Below are positions 29,198-38,458 of a stretch of DNA of 64,000 nt, in pieces. A program made the position numbers and the translations under genes. The notes beneath the pieces were generated by a model, which was given only the letters and a program-made list of their open reading frames with translations, ran no database searches and had not been told where the DNA came from. Each line of letters opens with the position of its first letter. The stretch's first letter is position 1. Source of the DNA: a virus; IMG/VR virus record IMGVR_UViG_3300033153_006744, positions 26,495 to 90,494 of that record; one strand, given 5' to 3'.

Positions 29198-29677
29198 TTA
29201 CGCTATGTCTTTTTTATTGAAAGATATTTCGACTAAGTTTCGTGTTGGATTAACAATGTCTATGCCAAAACCTGCATCAGATATATGCATTACAAATAAT
29301 TCAATTGTGCCAAAAGTTTTAACTGTTCTGCCAAACTTATCCTCTATTCTAACAAGCCTATCACCTATTCTTAAATCTATATTGTTGTCTGAATTAAGCA
29401 ACCCAGCCATTTCTATATCTCTATAGTGATGCAACAACATTAACATAGGCTTTATTTCTTGCCCTTTGTCCGTTATGATTGTTTTTTTAGGATTTTCATA
29501 AATCTGGCATCGCATCTTTATTTCTTCAGCTTCTTCAATTGTTTTAAATTTGGCAAGCCTACCGTCGTCAACCAATACAGGAGTTCCAAGCATAGGGTCA
29601 ACATTAGCAGTGTCATATTCAGTTTCATCTACTCTTTTATAAACAGCTTTGAATTGAAATATTAAGTCACCACGCAT
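29198..29677 (-). CDS. Head closure / head-tail joining protein
   Basis: 'LRIGDRLVRIED' beta-rich stopper-like protein following the adaptor gene. Confidence 0.6.
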   Translation of the reverse strand: MRGDLIFQFKAVYKRVDETEYDTANVDPMLGTPVLVDDGRLAKFKTIEEAEEIKMRCQIYENPKKTIITDKGQEIKPMLMLLHHYRDIEMAGLLNSDNNIDLRIGDRLVRIEDKFGRTVKTFGTIELFVMHISDAGFGIDIVNPTRNLVEISFNKKDIA

Positions 29678-29678
29678 G

Positions 29679-30641
29679 TCAACACACCCTTGGAGGAGTC
29701 ATATATTTACCTAAGATAGCGTCAATAACCAGGTCTCCAGTGAAAACAGAAACATCTTCAGTATTATATTCAACTTCTTGGTCTTTAGTTTTCATTCTTT
29801 TCACATAACCAGTAACAATCTCATCATCTAAAACAGAAAATAGTTTACTCATTAATGTTAACCTGAGACAAGCTCTTTTAATCTGAGAAGGAATTAAACC
29901 CCAGGGAGCGCTACCCTCTTGAACTACCCCAAAAATTCCCTCAATAGATATTCGCTTGTAATTTTCTAGGTCAACATTATAGATTTCTATTTCTAATATT
30001 CTTCTAGCATCAGTTAGTCCAATTAGATTTAAATTATGAACTATTGCATCTTCATCATCAAAGAGAGCCTTAGAGTTGTCGTCATCCCAGAACTGACTAA
30101 TAAAAATACATGGATAATTTAAAAATAAAGTATTATAATCGCTTTCTATGTTGTCATAGATTAAATGTCTAGCTCCAAAAAACCAGCCTGTAATCTGCTC
30201 TATTTCTTGCATAGAAGCCTTAATTCCATCTAATATCTGTTGATTAGTTAAAGTTGTTGTTGGTATCTCAGCTTTTATATCCAAAACACCGCAATAAGCA
30301 TTTTCAACATTTTCATCTATGTCATCTAAAACTTCAAAGTATTCAAATTTTGTTCTAATATTATCAGGCCTATACTTATCTCCAACGCTATCAAGAAATT
30401 TATATGTATATATTATTTTGTATTTTCCTTCAGTAGCTGGAGCAGTAAAAGGTATCTGATATATATAGTCAGCTATTTCAGAACTTGTTAAAATAACTGG
30501 TGTCTCAGCAATAACTTCTGTTCCTGCTGAATCTTCTACCTTAAAGCTTAAATAATCAAGCTCTGGTCTTGTCCCTCCAGAAAGGACAGGACAAAACCAA
30601 AACATATCTGTTGTAGCTGTATCAGATTTAATAATTCTCAT
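29679..30641 (-). CDS. Head-tail adaptor protein
   Basis: 'AYCGVLDIKAE', 'IEQITGWFF', 'IPSQIKRACLRL', 'TGDLVIDAILGKY' are gp6/gp15-like adaptor motifs. Confidence 0.75.
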   Translation of the reverse strand: MRIIKSDTATTDMFWFCPVLSGGTRPELDYLSFKVEDSAGTEVIAETPVILTSSEIADYIYQIPFTAPATEGKYKIIYTYKFLDSVGDKYRPDNIRTKFEYFEVLDDIDENVENAYCGVLDIKAEIPTTTLTNQQILDGIKASMQEIEQITGWFFGARHLIYDNIESDYNTLFLNYPCIFISQFWDDDNSKALFDDEDAIVHNLNLIGLTDARRILEIEIYNVDLENYKRISIEGIFGVVQEGSAPWGLIPSQIKRACLRLTLMSKLFSVLDDEIVTGYVKRMKTKDQEVEYNTEDVSVFTGDLVIDAILGKYMTPPRVC

Positions 30642-30644
30642 TTT

Positions 30645-31148
30645 TTATTCCATTAAGTCAGCTAAGAATTTAGAACCTTCAATGCTATCACCCATTTTTC
30701 TTTGTCTTTTCATTCTTGTTTGGTCAAAGAACCCAACATCTAAGCTATTAACATCAACAGGATCTTTATCCCTAAGCTCTAAGCTTTGATTTTGTTTCCT
30801 AAGAACTTCTTCAACTGTAAATGCAAAGTCAAAGAATTGATCTACATATGCTCCTGTGCCTATTTTCTTGTTCTTAAGCTCTTCTTCATAGAACCACTTA
30901 GGAATCTTATACCATTTAGGCAAAGCACCAGTAAGCAAGTCAGAACCCCTAAAAATAACAGCTCCAGATCTCATCCACCTTTGGAAAGGATAACGAATCG
31001 GATCATAAACTTTCATTCTACAGAAATACACTTCTTTTTTAGGAAGCTTCTTTTCTTCTGCTTTTGTAACTTTCATTTCTCTTTTTACTTTTACTTCAGC
31101 AACAGCTTTTTTAACTTCTTTCACTGTTTTTTTTCTAGCTCTAGCCAT
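30645..31148 (-). CDS. Hypothetical protein downstream of the capsid gene
   Basis: AGGAG RBS; basic N-terminus. Confidence 0.65.
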   Translation of the reverse strand: MARARKKTVKEVKKAVAEVKVKREMKVTKAEEKKLPKKEVYFCRMKVYDPIRYPFQRWMRSGAVIFRGSDLLTGALPKWYKIPKWFYEEELKNKKIGTGAYVDQFFDFAFTVEEVLRKQNQSLELRDKDPVDVNSLDVGFFDQTRMKRQRKMGDSIEGSKFLADLME

Positions 31149-31160
31149 GTTAACTCCTAT

Positions 31161-32132
31161 TTATATTGTAACTCCATCAATTAAAACATTAGCTGGTTCT
31201 TCATTTAATTGCAAGTCTAATTTATATCTAGCAACAATTTTAAATGTTCCAGTATCAATGTCTTTGTCTGTTTCAACTGTAATGTTTTTCAAAATACCCA
31301 AGAAACAATTCATTTTATTTAATAAAACAACATCTGTTTCTGTTCCACCACCAAGCGTAATAGGCATATAATCAGATTGAATAACAGGAATACCATTGAT
31401 AATCATGCCATCAACACCTTTTAACAATGTAGCGTCGCCAAGTTGTGTTTCTCTTCCTTGCATTTCAGTCATATTTGTTAATTTAGTTCTTGCAGACTGG
31501 ATATAAAGTAAGTCTTGAGGTTTTAGATATTTTGGATCTAACAACTTTAAGATATTAGCATGTTCTTCTAAATCGAAATCAGCTATTGTTCCAGTGTTTG
31601 TTGTTATGATTTTCCTTAAACCATCCATAGTTTTTAACAATAGATAATCTGGATGCCCAGGATCTGTTGCAGTGTCACCATTAAGAATTAAATTATCAAT
31701 ATCTCTAGCAATGGCTTCAATAAGTTGATTTGTAACTGTTGTAATAAATCCATCTTTTTCAATGTTTTCTTCTATGTCTTCATAAGATAGAAATGTTGTT
31801 GCTCTTAATCTTTTTACATTAAATGTAACCTTTGATAAAGATGGTGATCTTCTGTTAGAAGACGTTGACCCTGTATATTCCTCATCTTCAACTGACACTG
31901 AACCAGTAAAACCCATTACAGGTATAGATTGTGTAATTGCCTTTAACGGAATAGTTCTAATCATTTTAGCTAAAACTGTTTTCTCAACTATTTTAGCCAT
32001 AAATTTTTGTAAATTATCTTGTTTAATTTCTCCACCAGCTGTTTCAATGTCACCAATTGACAAGTCAGCTTTCGTAACGAAATGTCCATTAATTAACTCA
32101 TTTGCTTTTGCTATCAAAACTTCTCTATTCAT
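31161..32132 (-). CDS. Major capsid protein (HK97 fold, XkdG-like)
   Basis: 'LSYEDIEENIEKDGF', 'AIARDIDNLILNGD', 'LLKTMDGLRK', 'RETQLGDATL', 'INGIPV'. Confidence 0.92.
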   Translation of the reverse strand: MNREVLIAKANELINGHFVTKADLSIGDIETAGGEIKQDNLQKFMAKIVEKTVLAKMIRTIPLKAITQSIPVMGFTGSVSVEDEEYTGSTSSNRRSPSLSKVTFNVKRLRATTFLSYEDIEENIEKDGFITTVTNQLIEAIARDIDNLILNGDTATDPGHPDYLLLKTMDGLRKIITTNTGTIADFDLEEHANILKLLDPKYLKPQDLLYIQSARTKLTNMTEMQGRETQLGDATLLKGVDGMIINGIPVIQSDYMPITLGGGTETDVVLLNKMNCFLGILKNITVETDKDIDTGTFKIVARYKLDLQLNEEPANVLIDGVTI

Positions 32133-32167
32133 AACCTTCCTCCTACTAATAAACCCTATTAATAATA

Positions 32168-32920
32168 TTAACCCTTATATTCGTCGCCTAAAATTTGCGG
32201 TAAATGATCACCAATACTCATTGTTCCCGTCATAATAAATCCTTCACTTTCTTTTTTTGCAACTACATTTTTTTTATCAACAGGAGCTGCGTTATCAGCT
32301 TTGCTTAATGCTGAAGGATTAGATTTTGTTAAATCAATTTTCTTGCTTAATTCTTCATTTTGTTTAGTTAAAGCTTCAATTTTTTCTTTTAATTCTGCTT
32401 TTTCTTTGTCTTCTTCCGTCTTTACAACAGGAGCAACCGTTTTTTCGTCTTTTTCTTTCAATTCGTCAAAGTTTTTAAGTAACCCGTCAATCTTTTCATT
32501 CATCATTTTAAATGCTACTTCAGGGTCAAAAGCTTTAGGTTCAGTTTCTGCTTTTACTGCAACATCAGCCTTAGGTTTATCTAATGCACCTTCTAGCTCT
32601 TTAATCATGCCATGTACAGCATCAACAGCGTTCTCTTTTTTGTCATCTATAACTTTCTCAATGTTTGCTTTTGTTAAAACTTCTTTTGCAAGACCTAGTG
32701 CTTGTGCAAATTCAATTTCAGTTCCTTTATTTTCTTTAAAGTCTTTAAAGGCTTTTTGCAACGCTTTCGCTGCATTATCTAACATGTTTTCAAAAAAACT
32801 ATCTTTGGGCTCAGTTCCTTTGTCACCTTTTACAAGTGCAAAATTTTCTCCATTAGCTCCTTTATCTACAAAAGAAACTTCAAGACCCAACAATTTCATT
32901 AACTCTTTAAAGTTTTCCAT
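32168..32920 (-). CDS. Capsid scaffolding protein with N-terminal protease-derived strand
   Basis: Lys/Glu/Ala coiled coil before the capsid gene; begins 'LEVSFVDKGAN...FALVK'. Confidence 0.7.
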   Translation of the reverse strand: MENFKELMKLLGLEVSFVDKGANGENFALVKGDKGTEPKDSFFENMLDNAAKALQKAFKDFKENKGTEIEFAQALGLAKEVLTKANIEKVIDDKKENAVDAVHGMIKELEGALDKPKADVAVKAETEPKAFDPEVAFKMMNEKIDGLLKNFDELKEKDEKTVAPVVKTEEDKEKAELKEKIEALTKQNEELSKKIDLTKSNPSALSKADNAAPVDKKNVVAKKESEGFIMTGTMSIGDHLPQILGDEYKG

Positions 32921-32929
32921 TTCTTACTC

Positions 32930-34906
32930 CTACTTTATATATTTTATTCCACCGATAGAATACGAGTTTATCCTACCTTCCATTATACCAGCAATTATTT
33001 TTTTGTCAAACAATTTAGTGACTAATACCCAATCACCCTTTTTTATTTTATAATTTGATCCTGGATATGTAAAATTTGTTTGCGCTATATAACTTTGCAA
33101 AACACCAACCTGTTTTTGTTTGTCTAAAACTTTTGTATGTTGCAATGCCATGTGGGCATAATTCATTAACCAGTTTTCAGCGGTCTCTTTTACAACTTCT
33201 GGACTATATTTTTCACCTTGTTTGTCTACTACGCTTGGTCTTAAAACAACGCCAGCAACAGTTAGTTCTCCATTATCTCCAATAGCCTTACTCATTACAT
33301 CTATATTAATCTTTCCGTCTGATTTCGATGAGGTTAGTTTCCATAAATTATAAGCTGTTCTATTTAATTCATAATCATAATCGAATGCTTTTATTAAATA
33401 GCCAACCTTATCATTTTCGTTTTCTTCTTCAAAATCAGAAAAGCAATCAACATTATAGCTTATTATCTTAAAATCATCTTCTTTAACATCCTGATCAAAA
33501 GATTTTGACAATATTTCTGTCCATATATTGCTTTCTATCTTGTCACCTATAATCCCCTTGAACATTTTTCTTTGTTGTAAATATAAATCATCTCCATCTT
33601 TTTCAAAGACTTCAAATGCTGTTAGGTTGTTATTTTGATAAATTAAAGCAAAGTCTTTTTTGAATGGAGTATTTTTTAATTGTAACTGAGCCTTTATCAG
33701 CAAGCCAGTAACATTAGAACTTCCAGTTATGTCAATTTCTTTGTTTTCTTGAAACTGAAACATGCCATTTTCATTAATTATTAAATTATTAAAATCAAGT
33801 CCAACTGTTTTTAAATTAGCTTTTAATTTATTCTTTAACTCTAATCTCTTTGTATCATCTTCTATTGTCCAATATATGTATTCAGACGGAACTCTATCTT
33901 CAACTACTTTAGGCAACCCAGAAAAACCAAAAGGAGTAACTATGTCATCTTTAGTTAAAACATAAGGCTTTAGATTATTGCTAGTTTTTGAAACCCATTC
34001 ACCTTTTTCATTTATTCTAAAAAACAATCTACCATTTAAATCTTTTCCTTCAGCGAAATATTCAACATAATCATTTGATTTATATCCACATTCTACAGTG
34101 CATGCACCAGCAACAACAGCTTTTTCAAACTGATTAGATTCTCTTCTATAGTTGTTAGTTGTATCGTTGAAAGGTAATGATCTAACTCCATTTTGAAGAG
34201 GCTTAAACCACTTGTTCCCTTCTTCACTAAAATTTTCAGCTATATAAGGCATGTCTACATTGTTCTTGGGAATGCTATTAGGCTTATTGTATAAGTACCA
34301 ACTAGCAACATTGGCATCATCTTTTACATTAGGTAAGATATAATTAAGTAAAGTCTTGTATTCTTCTGGTGTGCCTATAACTTGTAATAAGCCATCTAAT
34401 TTACCTTTGAAATAAACTTCAACTGAATTACTGTCTAATGTTGCCTTGCTCATTATATCTCGCTGGAAATCATCCCATTTTTTAGGAGCTATAATTTGCG
34501 TATCATCCATTAACGACATTCTAATTCCATCTAAAATCATTATGCTATTTTCAAGTACATTCATGTTAAAATCATATTCGTTTAATTCACCATTCTTGTT
34601 AGCTAAAAAATCAACAATATAAGCTAATTTTTCAAGATAAAATTGCTTTTGCTCAGCTATAGATAATGAATAAAACTTAACATCCCTATCATTATCTGAT
34701 AAAATAAAACTTTCTTCACAATCATCAGGCCTAACTATTAAGTTGTTATATAAATATCTAAGGGTGTCATCTGCTCTCAAGATAAGTATCTTTATGAAAG
34801 CCAACTTTTCACTTTGAGAATTGTTGTTTATCCAGTTCTCAATTAAAAATTCCTCTAAACCATAAATTGCGTATAGTTGCGTAATATACTTTCTTAATGT
34901 TTCCAT
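32930..34906 (-). CDS. Prohead protein with C-terminal XkdF-like serine protease domain
   Basis: 'VAGVVLRPSVVDKQGE', 'LQH', 'QSYIA', 'KKGDWVL', 'INSYSIGG'. Confidence 0.8.
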   Translation of the reverse strand: METLRKYITQLYAIYGLEEFLIENWINNNSQSEKLAFIKILILRADDTLRYLYNNLIVRPDDCEESFILSDNDRDVKFYSLSIAEQKQFYLEKLAYIVDFLANKNGELNEYDFNMNVLENSIMILDGIRMSLMDDTQIIAPKKWDDFQRDIMSKATLDSNSVEVYFKGKLDGLLQVIGTPEEYKTLLNYILPNVKDDANVASWYLYNKPNSIPKNNVDMPYIAENFSEEGNKWFKPLQNGVRSLPFNDTTNNYRRESNQFEKAVVAGACTVECGYKSNDYVEYFAEGKDLNGRLFFRINEKGEWVSKTSNNLKPYVLTKDDIVTPFGFSGLPKVVEDRVPSEYIYWTIEDDTKRLELKNKLKANLKTVGLDFNNLIINENGMFQFQENKEIDITGSSNVTGLLIKAQLQLKNTPFKKDFALIYQNNNLTAFEVFEKDGDDLYLQQRKMFKGIIGDKIESNIWTEILSKSFDQDVKEDDFKIISYNVDCFSDFEEENENDKVGYLIKAFDYDYELNRTAYNLWKLTSSKSDGKINIDVMSKAIGDNGELTVAGVVLRPSVVDKQGEKYSPEVVKETAENWLMNYAHMALQHTKVLDKQKQVGVLQSYIAQTNFTYPGSNYKIKKGDWVLVTKLFDKKIIAGIMEGRINSYSIGGIKYIK

Positions 34907-34914
34907 TTTAACTC

Positions 34915-35871
34915 CTATAAGACTGGCAATAATGTTGATCTACATCTATGATGAGCAGGTGGCAAATTAAGTCCATAACTTTCAATCATGCTCATATTTA
35001 CACCTGTTTTGCTATTACCTATGTTAATTGTATTGTTATTTACTTTAACCTTGAAATTAATTGATTTATCTCTGGCTGCAGTTTGTCTAACAAAAGGGCT
35101 TTTCTCAAGCAATTCTTCACCTGTCATGCCCATTTCTTCATCTATTCTGTTAACTCCAGCAGCTACACTAAACCTTCTGCCATTCATGAATTGACAATAA
35201 TTTGTTGTTGCCTCATCTAAAACGGATGTATATTCATAAAATTCAACTCCAGCTTGACCATAAGTCATTATTTCTGAATAATTTTGAGACTTTGCAACCG
35301 CATTTGAAGCTACAACTTCAAAGTATTTCTTTTGATTTTTAGAGTAACTTCCTGTTATTTCCTTTTCTAATGCCCTTCTAATCGTGTTTATACCTAAGCC
35401 CTTATCAAGTCCTTTTTGTATAATCTTCTGTGCTTTACTGGACATGCTTTTGTTTATAGTTCCCATGTTGTCTTTTATAAAGAAAGATGATGTGCTTGAT
35501 ATATGCTTAACAACATTTTGGTCTTTTTGATCCCAGCTTGTTTTAGTGTTTAATAATTTAGCTGTTATTGTTTTGTTTCTTTTAAATAACGCTTGGGAAA
35601 AAGAATGTATAATATTAAAAGACATGTTCTCTATTTTTGTATTGTTTTCTTCTGTAGATCTATTAAATAAAGTTTCAAAAGAATTCATTATGGCAGTTAG
35701 TTGTCCAGTAGTCATTTTAGTGTAATTATATCTTTTCAGCTCCCTTATTATATCTTTTTCATTTTGTGTTGTAAGCACACGTGTATTTCTCATTATTTTA
35801 TTAGTCAGTCTTCTGTATAAAATATCGTAAGTTTGTTTGATGTATAGTCTATTCTTTTTCTCTATTGACAT
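34915..35871 (-). CDS. Minor head morphogenesis protein (Mu gpF / SPP1 gp7 family)
   Basis: 'SVLDEATTNYCQFMNG', 'LPPAHHRCRSTLLPV'. Confidence 0.9.
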   Translation of the reverse strand: MSIEKKNRLYIKQTYDILYRRLTNKIMRNTRVLTTQNEKDIIRELKRYNYTKMTTGQLTAIMNSFETLFNRSTEENNTKIENMSFNIIHSFSQALFKRNKTITAKLLNTKTSWDQKDQNVVKHISSTSSFFIKDNMGTINKSMSSKAQKIIQKGLDKGLGINTIRRALEKEITGSYSKNQKKYFEVVASNAVAKSQNYSEIMTYGQAGVEFYEYTSVLDEATTNYCQFMNGRRFSVAAGVNRIDEEMGMTGEELLEKSPFVRQTAARDKSINFKVKVNNNTINIGNSKTGVNMSMIESYGLNLPPAHHRCRSTLLPVL

Positions 35872-37414
35872 TGTTTACCAGTTCATTTATTTGTTCTATT
35901 TCTTTAATATCTAATTCATTCATTTTTTCAGTAGGCAATAACCCAAGTTGAGCATATTTAGCACTAATCCAGCCCCACAAATCATTAACCTCATCAAGAG
36001 GCACCTTAAAGTATTCACTTAATTCTGCTCTAGCTTCATTAGGTGTAATAGCTCCTGAGTCTAATAGTTTAACTATTTCTTCTATAAATGCACTATCTCT
36101 CAATCTAACACCAAGAAGATAAAAATTAACCATTGTAGTGCCTATTACAGTATCTAAAAACCATGTCATGGTTACATTGAAATCATTTCGCTCTGGCTTA
36201 AATACTTGATTTTCTGCTGTTTCCAGAGCTGCATATGCAGTAGCTCTATTTATTCCATCCGTATCACCTGTAAAGAGCTTAGATAATCTAAAGCAAGACC
36301 TAATGCTTTCTTTTATATTTTTAAGAGCTTTGACAAAATAGTCATCTCTTTTAACTTGAAGTGGATTTATATCAATCTTCACGCCTTTTCCATCACTTCC
36401 ACCGCTTGTCTTGCTTTCCGTAATAATTGGTTCTTTTCCTTTTATAGATCCTGTCCTGAGTCTTTTGAAAAACTTCTTAAATTCATTTTTAGAATCTTTT
36501 GTTAAAGAACCACCAGATAAATTAATCCAATAGTTAGGCATTTTGTTTGTTTGTAAGTCTTCTAAATCACCATTAGCATGATATATATATGTTAATGATT
36601 CTGTTATGGCTGGCTCATAGCGAGGTACACCATATTCAGTATCATCTATGCTCTCTAATTTAAAATGTAATATTTCAGTTGCAAGTAAATCTTCATCTTT
36701 TATCTTTTCTGACTCTATAGCTTTATTGTAATCCTCTTCAGTTTCATATATGTCACCAGTTTTTTGCATGATATATCTAGGATCACCAAATTCTTTATAG
36801 AAAATATTATATTTTATATCTTTAAATACATTAAAGTTCTGCAAGTCATCAACTGTTTTAGTTTCATCTATCCCAGAGTTTATTGTTTTCTCTGTTTTTA
36901 TATATTCAACGTTTGGTTGTATTCTAATGTTAACAGATTTAAGACATGTTATTTTATACACTTGTTTAGCGTCATTTTTCCAAATATCCCAATAACCATT
37001 ACCAAAGGATTCTTTCTGCTTAAATGTCTCCTTCAATAGACCCTGAAAGCCATCTTTATCCGTAACCCTTTTTAAAAACAGCTCTACTTCTAGCTTGTCT
37101 TTCTCTCTCTTTAACTCTAAATCTTTTTTTATTATCAAATATTCTTTGTCTGTTAATACTTTGCCAGTTTCAGCGTGATATTGTAAGCTAATTAATTTCT
37201 TAGTTGATTCGCTTTCTAGCTTATATCTATCATTTAATTCATAACCTTGTTGAGCTATATTTGAAACATAAGCATTTATATTGCCCCTAACCTCAGAATT
37301 AGATCTACAAATTAAGGATAATAAATGTAATGGATAAGGAGGGTTTTGCAATAATTCACCTTCATTTTTGCCATTCAGAGCATAAGTCTTTCCAGTTTGC
37401 AAAGTATCAGGCAT
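35849..37414 (-). CDS. Portal protein (PBSX/XkdE-like)
   Basis: 'PPYPLHLL', 'FGNGYWDI', 'YKEFGDPR', 'TEILHFK', 'YGVPRY', 'NRATA', 'ITPNEAR'. Confidence 0.9.
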   Translation of the reverse strand: MPDTLQTGKTYALNGKNEGELLQNPPYPLHLLSLICRSNSEVRGNINAYVSNIAQQGYELNDRYKLESESTKKLISLQYHAETGKVLTDKEYLIIKKDLELKREKDKLEVELFLKRVTDKDGFQGLLKETFKQKESFGNGYWDIWKNDAKQVYKITCLKSVNIRIQPNVEYIKTEKTINSGIDETKTVDDLQNFNVFKDIKYNIFYKEFGDPRYIMQKTGDIYETEEDYNKAIESEKIKDEDLLATEILHFKLESIDDTEYGVPRYEPAITESLTYIYHANGDLEDLQTNKMPNYWINLSGGSLTKDSKNEFKKFFKRLRTGSIKGKEPIITESKTSGGSDGKGVKIDINPLQVKRDDYFVKALKNIKESIRSCFRLSKLFTGDTDGINRATAYAALETAENQVFKPERNDFNVTMTWFLDTVIGTTMVNFYLLGVRLRDSAFIEEIVKLLDSGAITPNEARAELSEYFKVPLDEVNDLWGWISAKYAQLGLLPTEKMNELDIKEIEQINELVNNVNREKE

Positions 37415-37415
37415 T

Positions 37416-37661
37416 CTAACCTCCTATAGTTTTTTCGTAATCTTCTAAAAGTTCATTAGGAGTCATTTTATCTACAACCCTTTTTATCATATTGTTGTTT
37501 TCTATTTGCTTTTGTTCTAACTTTAACCCTGTATTTTCTCTTGTTAACTCATCTATTACCTTGTCTTTATTCTTGTTTAAATTCAACTGAATAATGTTTG
37601 CAATAAATGAACCAGCTAAAAGTAAAATAAAAATTAAATATACAATTATTGTTATATTCAT
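37416..37661 (-). CDS. Small membrane-anchored coiled-coil protein
   Basis: N-terminal TM helix followed by a coiled coil; AAGGAG RBS. Confidence 0.6.
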   Translation of the reverse strand: MNITIIVYLIFILLLAGSFIANIIQLNLNKNKDKVIDELTRENTGLKLEQKQIENNNMIKRVVDKMTPNELLEDYEKTIGG

Positions 37662-37691
37662 TATAACTCCTTAAAAAATATAATCTATTAC

Positions 37692-37720
37692 ATAATGCCA
37701 TGTTTTTTTTAAAATTACAA
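37692..37720 (-). promoter_or_regulatory. Promoter TTGTAA-17-CATTAT with TGG extension, upstream of the head operon
   Basis: 17-bp spacing, TGGCAT box. Confidence 0.5.
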
Positions 37721-37761
37721 GTGTTTTCTTTAGAGTTGGAAAAAGAATTAAACTATTGAAA

Positions 37762-38457
37762 TTAATAACCTGTTTGCTTGTTTTGGATATGGAGTGCATT
37801 TAAATAGTCAAAAATAAGATGCATATTTCTGTCACTTAGTTCTTTTTCTTTTCTTACATCTTGAGCTAATGTTGTTATGCTTTCCGCTAATGATTCAGGT
37901 ACTTGCTTCATGCCTAAGCTATCGAATAATTCTTTTATTGATACCCAACCTTCGTCATGTGGGTATTTTTTGCCTTGCTCTCTTGATGCTTCATTGTCTT
38001 CAATTTGGTTGGCGTCATTTGAATATTGGTCAATGCTGAAGCCATCTATTAATGAATCTAAATTATTAAGTTGTTCTGAGCTATAGGGCATTGTTTCCAG
38101 TAACTCATCTGTATCAAACTCTTTCTGTAACTCACTTATTATATCTACTAACTTGTTTTTATCACTTTTAAACCTAGTCTCGTTGGTCTCAATGGCTATT
38201 CTTTTGGCTTGGTTTTCCGTAATATTGCCTAAATTATAGCACATAACTTTATCATAGTTTAGTTCATTAAGAACATCTAACCTATGGTTGCCATTAACCA
38301 TTTCATAGGAATCTTCTTCTAACTCCCTAACTATGACACTTTCAATGAATCCATTTCTAATGATGTTTGATTTAAGCTTTGACCTTAATTCTTCATTGTC
38401 TTCTTTATAATTCCATTCAGCTTTAATTATTTTATTCAACTCAATTTCTTTAAACAT
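37762..38457 (-). CDS. ParB/Srx N-terminal domain protein
   Basis: 'WNYKE', 'NGFIESVIVRE', 'MVNGNHRL'; start refined to ATG 38457. Confidence 0.8.
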   Translation of the reverse strand: MFKEIELNKIIKAEWNYKEDNEELRSKLKSNIIRNGFIESVIVRELEEDSYEMVNGNHRLDVLNELNYDKVMCYNLGNITENQAKRIAIETNETRFKSDKNKLVDIISELQKEFDTDELLETMPYSSEQLNNLDSLIDGFSIDQYSNDANQIEDNEASREQGKKYPHDEGWVSIKELFDSLGMKQVPESLAESITTLAQDVRKEKELSDRNMHLIFDYLNALHIQNKQTGY

Positions 38458-38458
38458 T

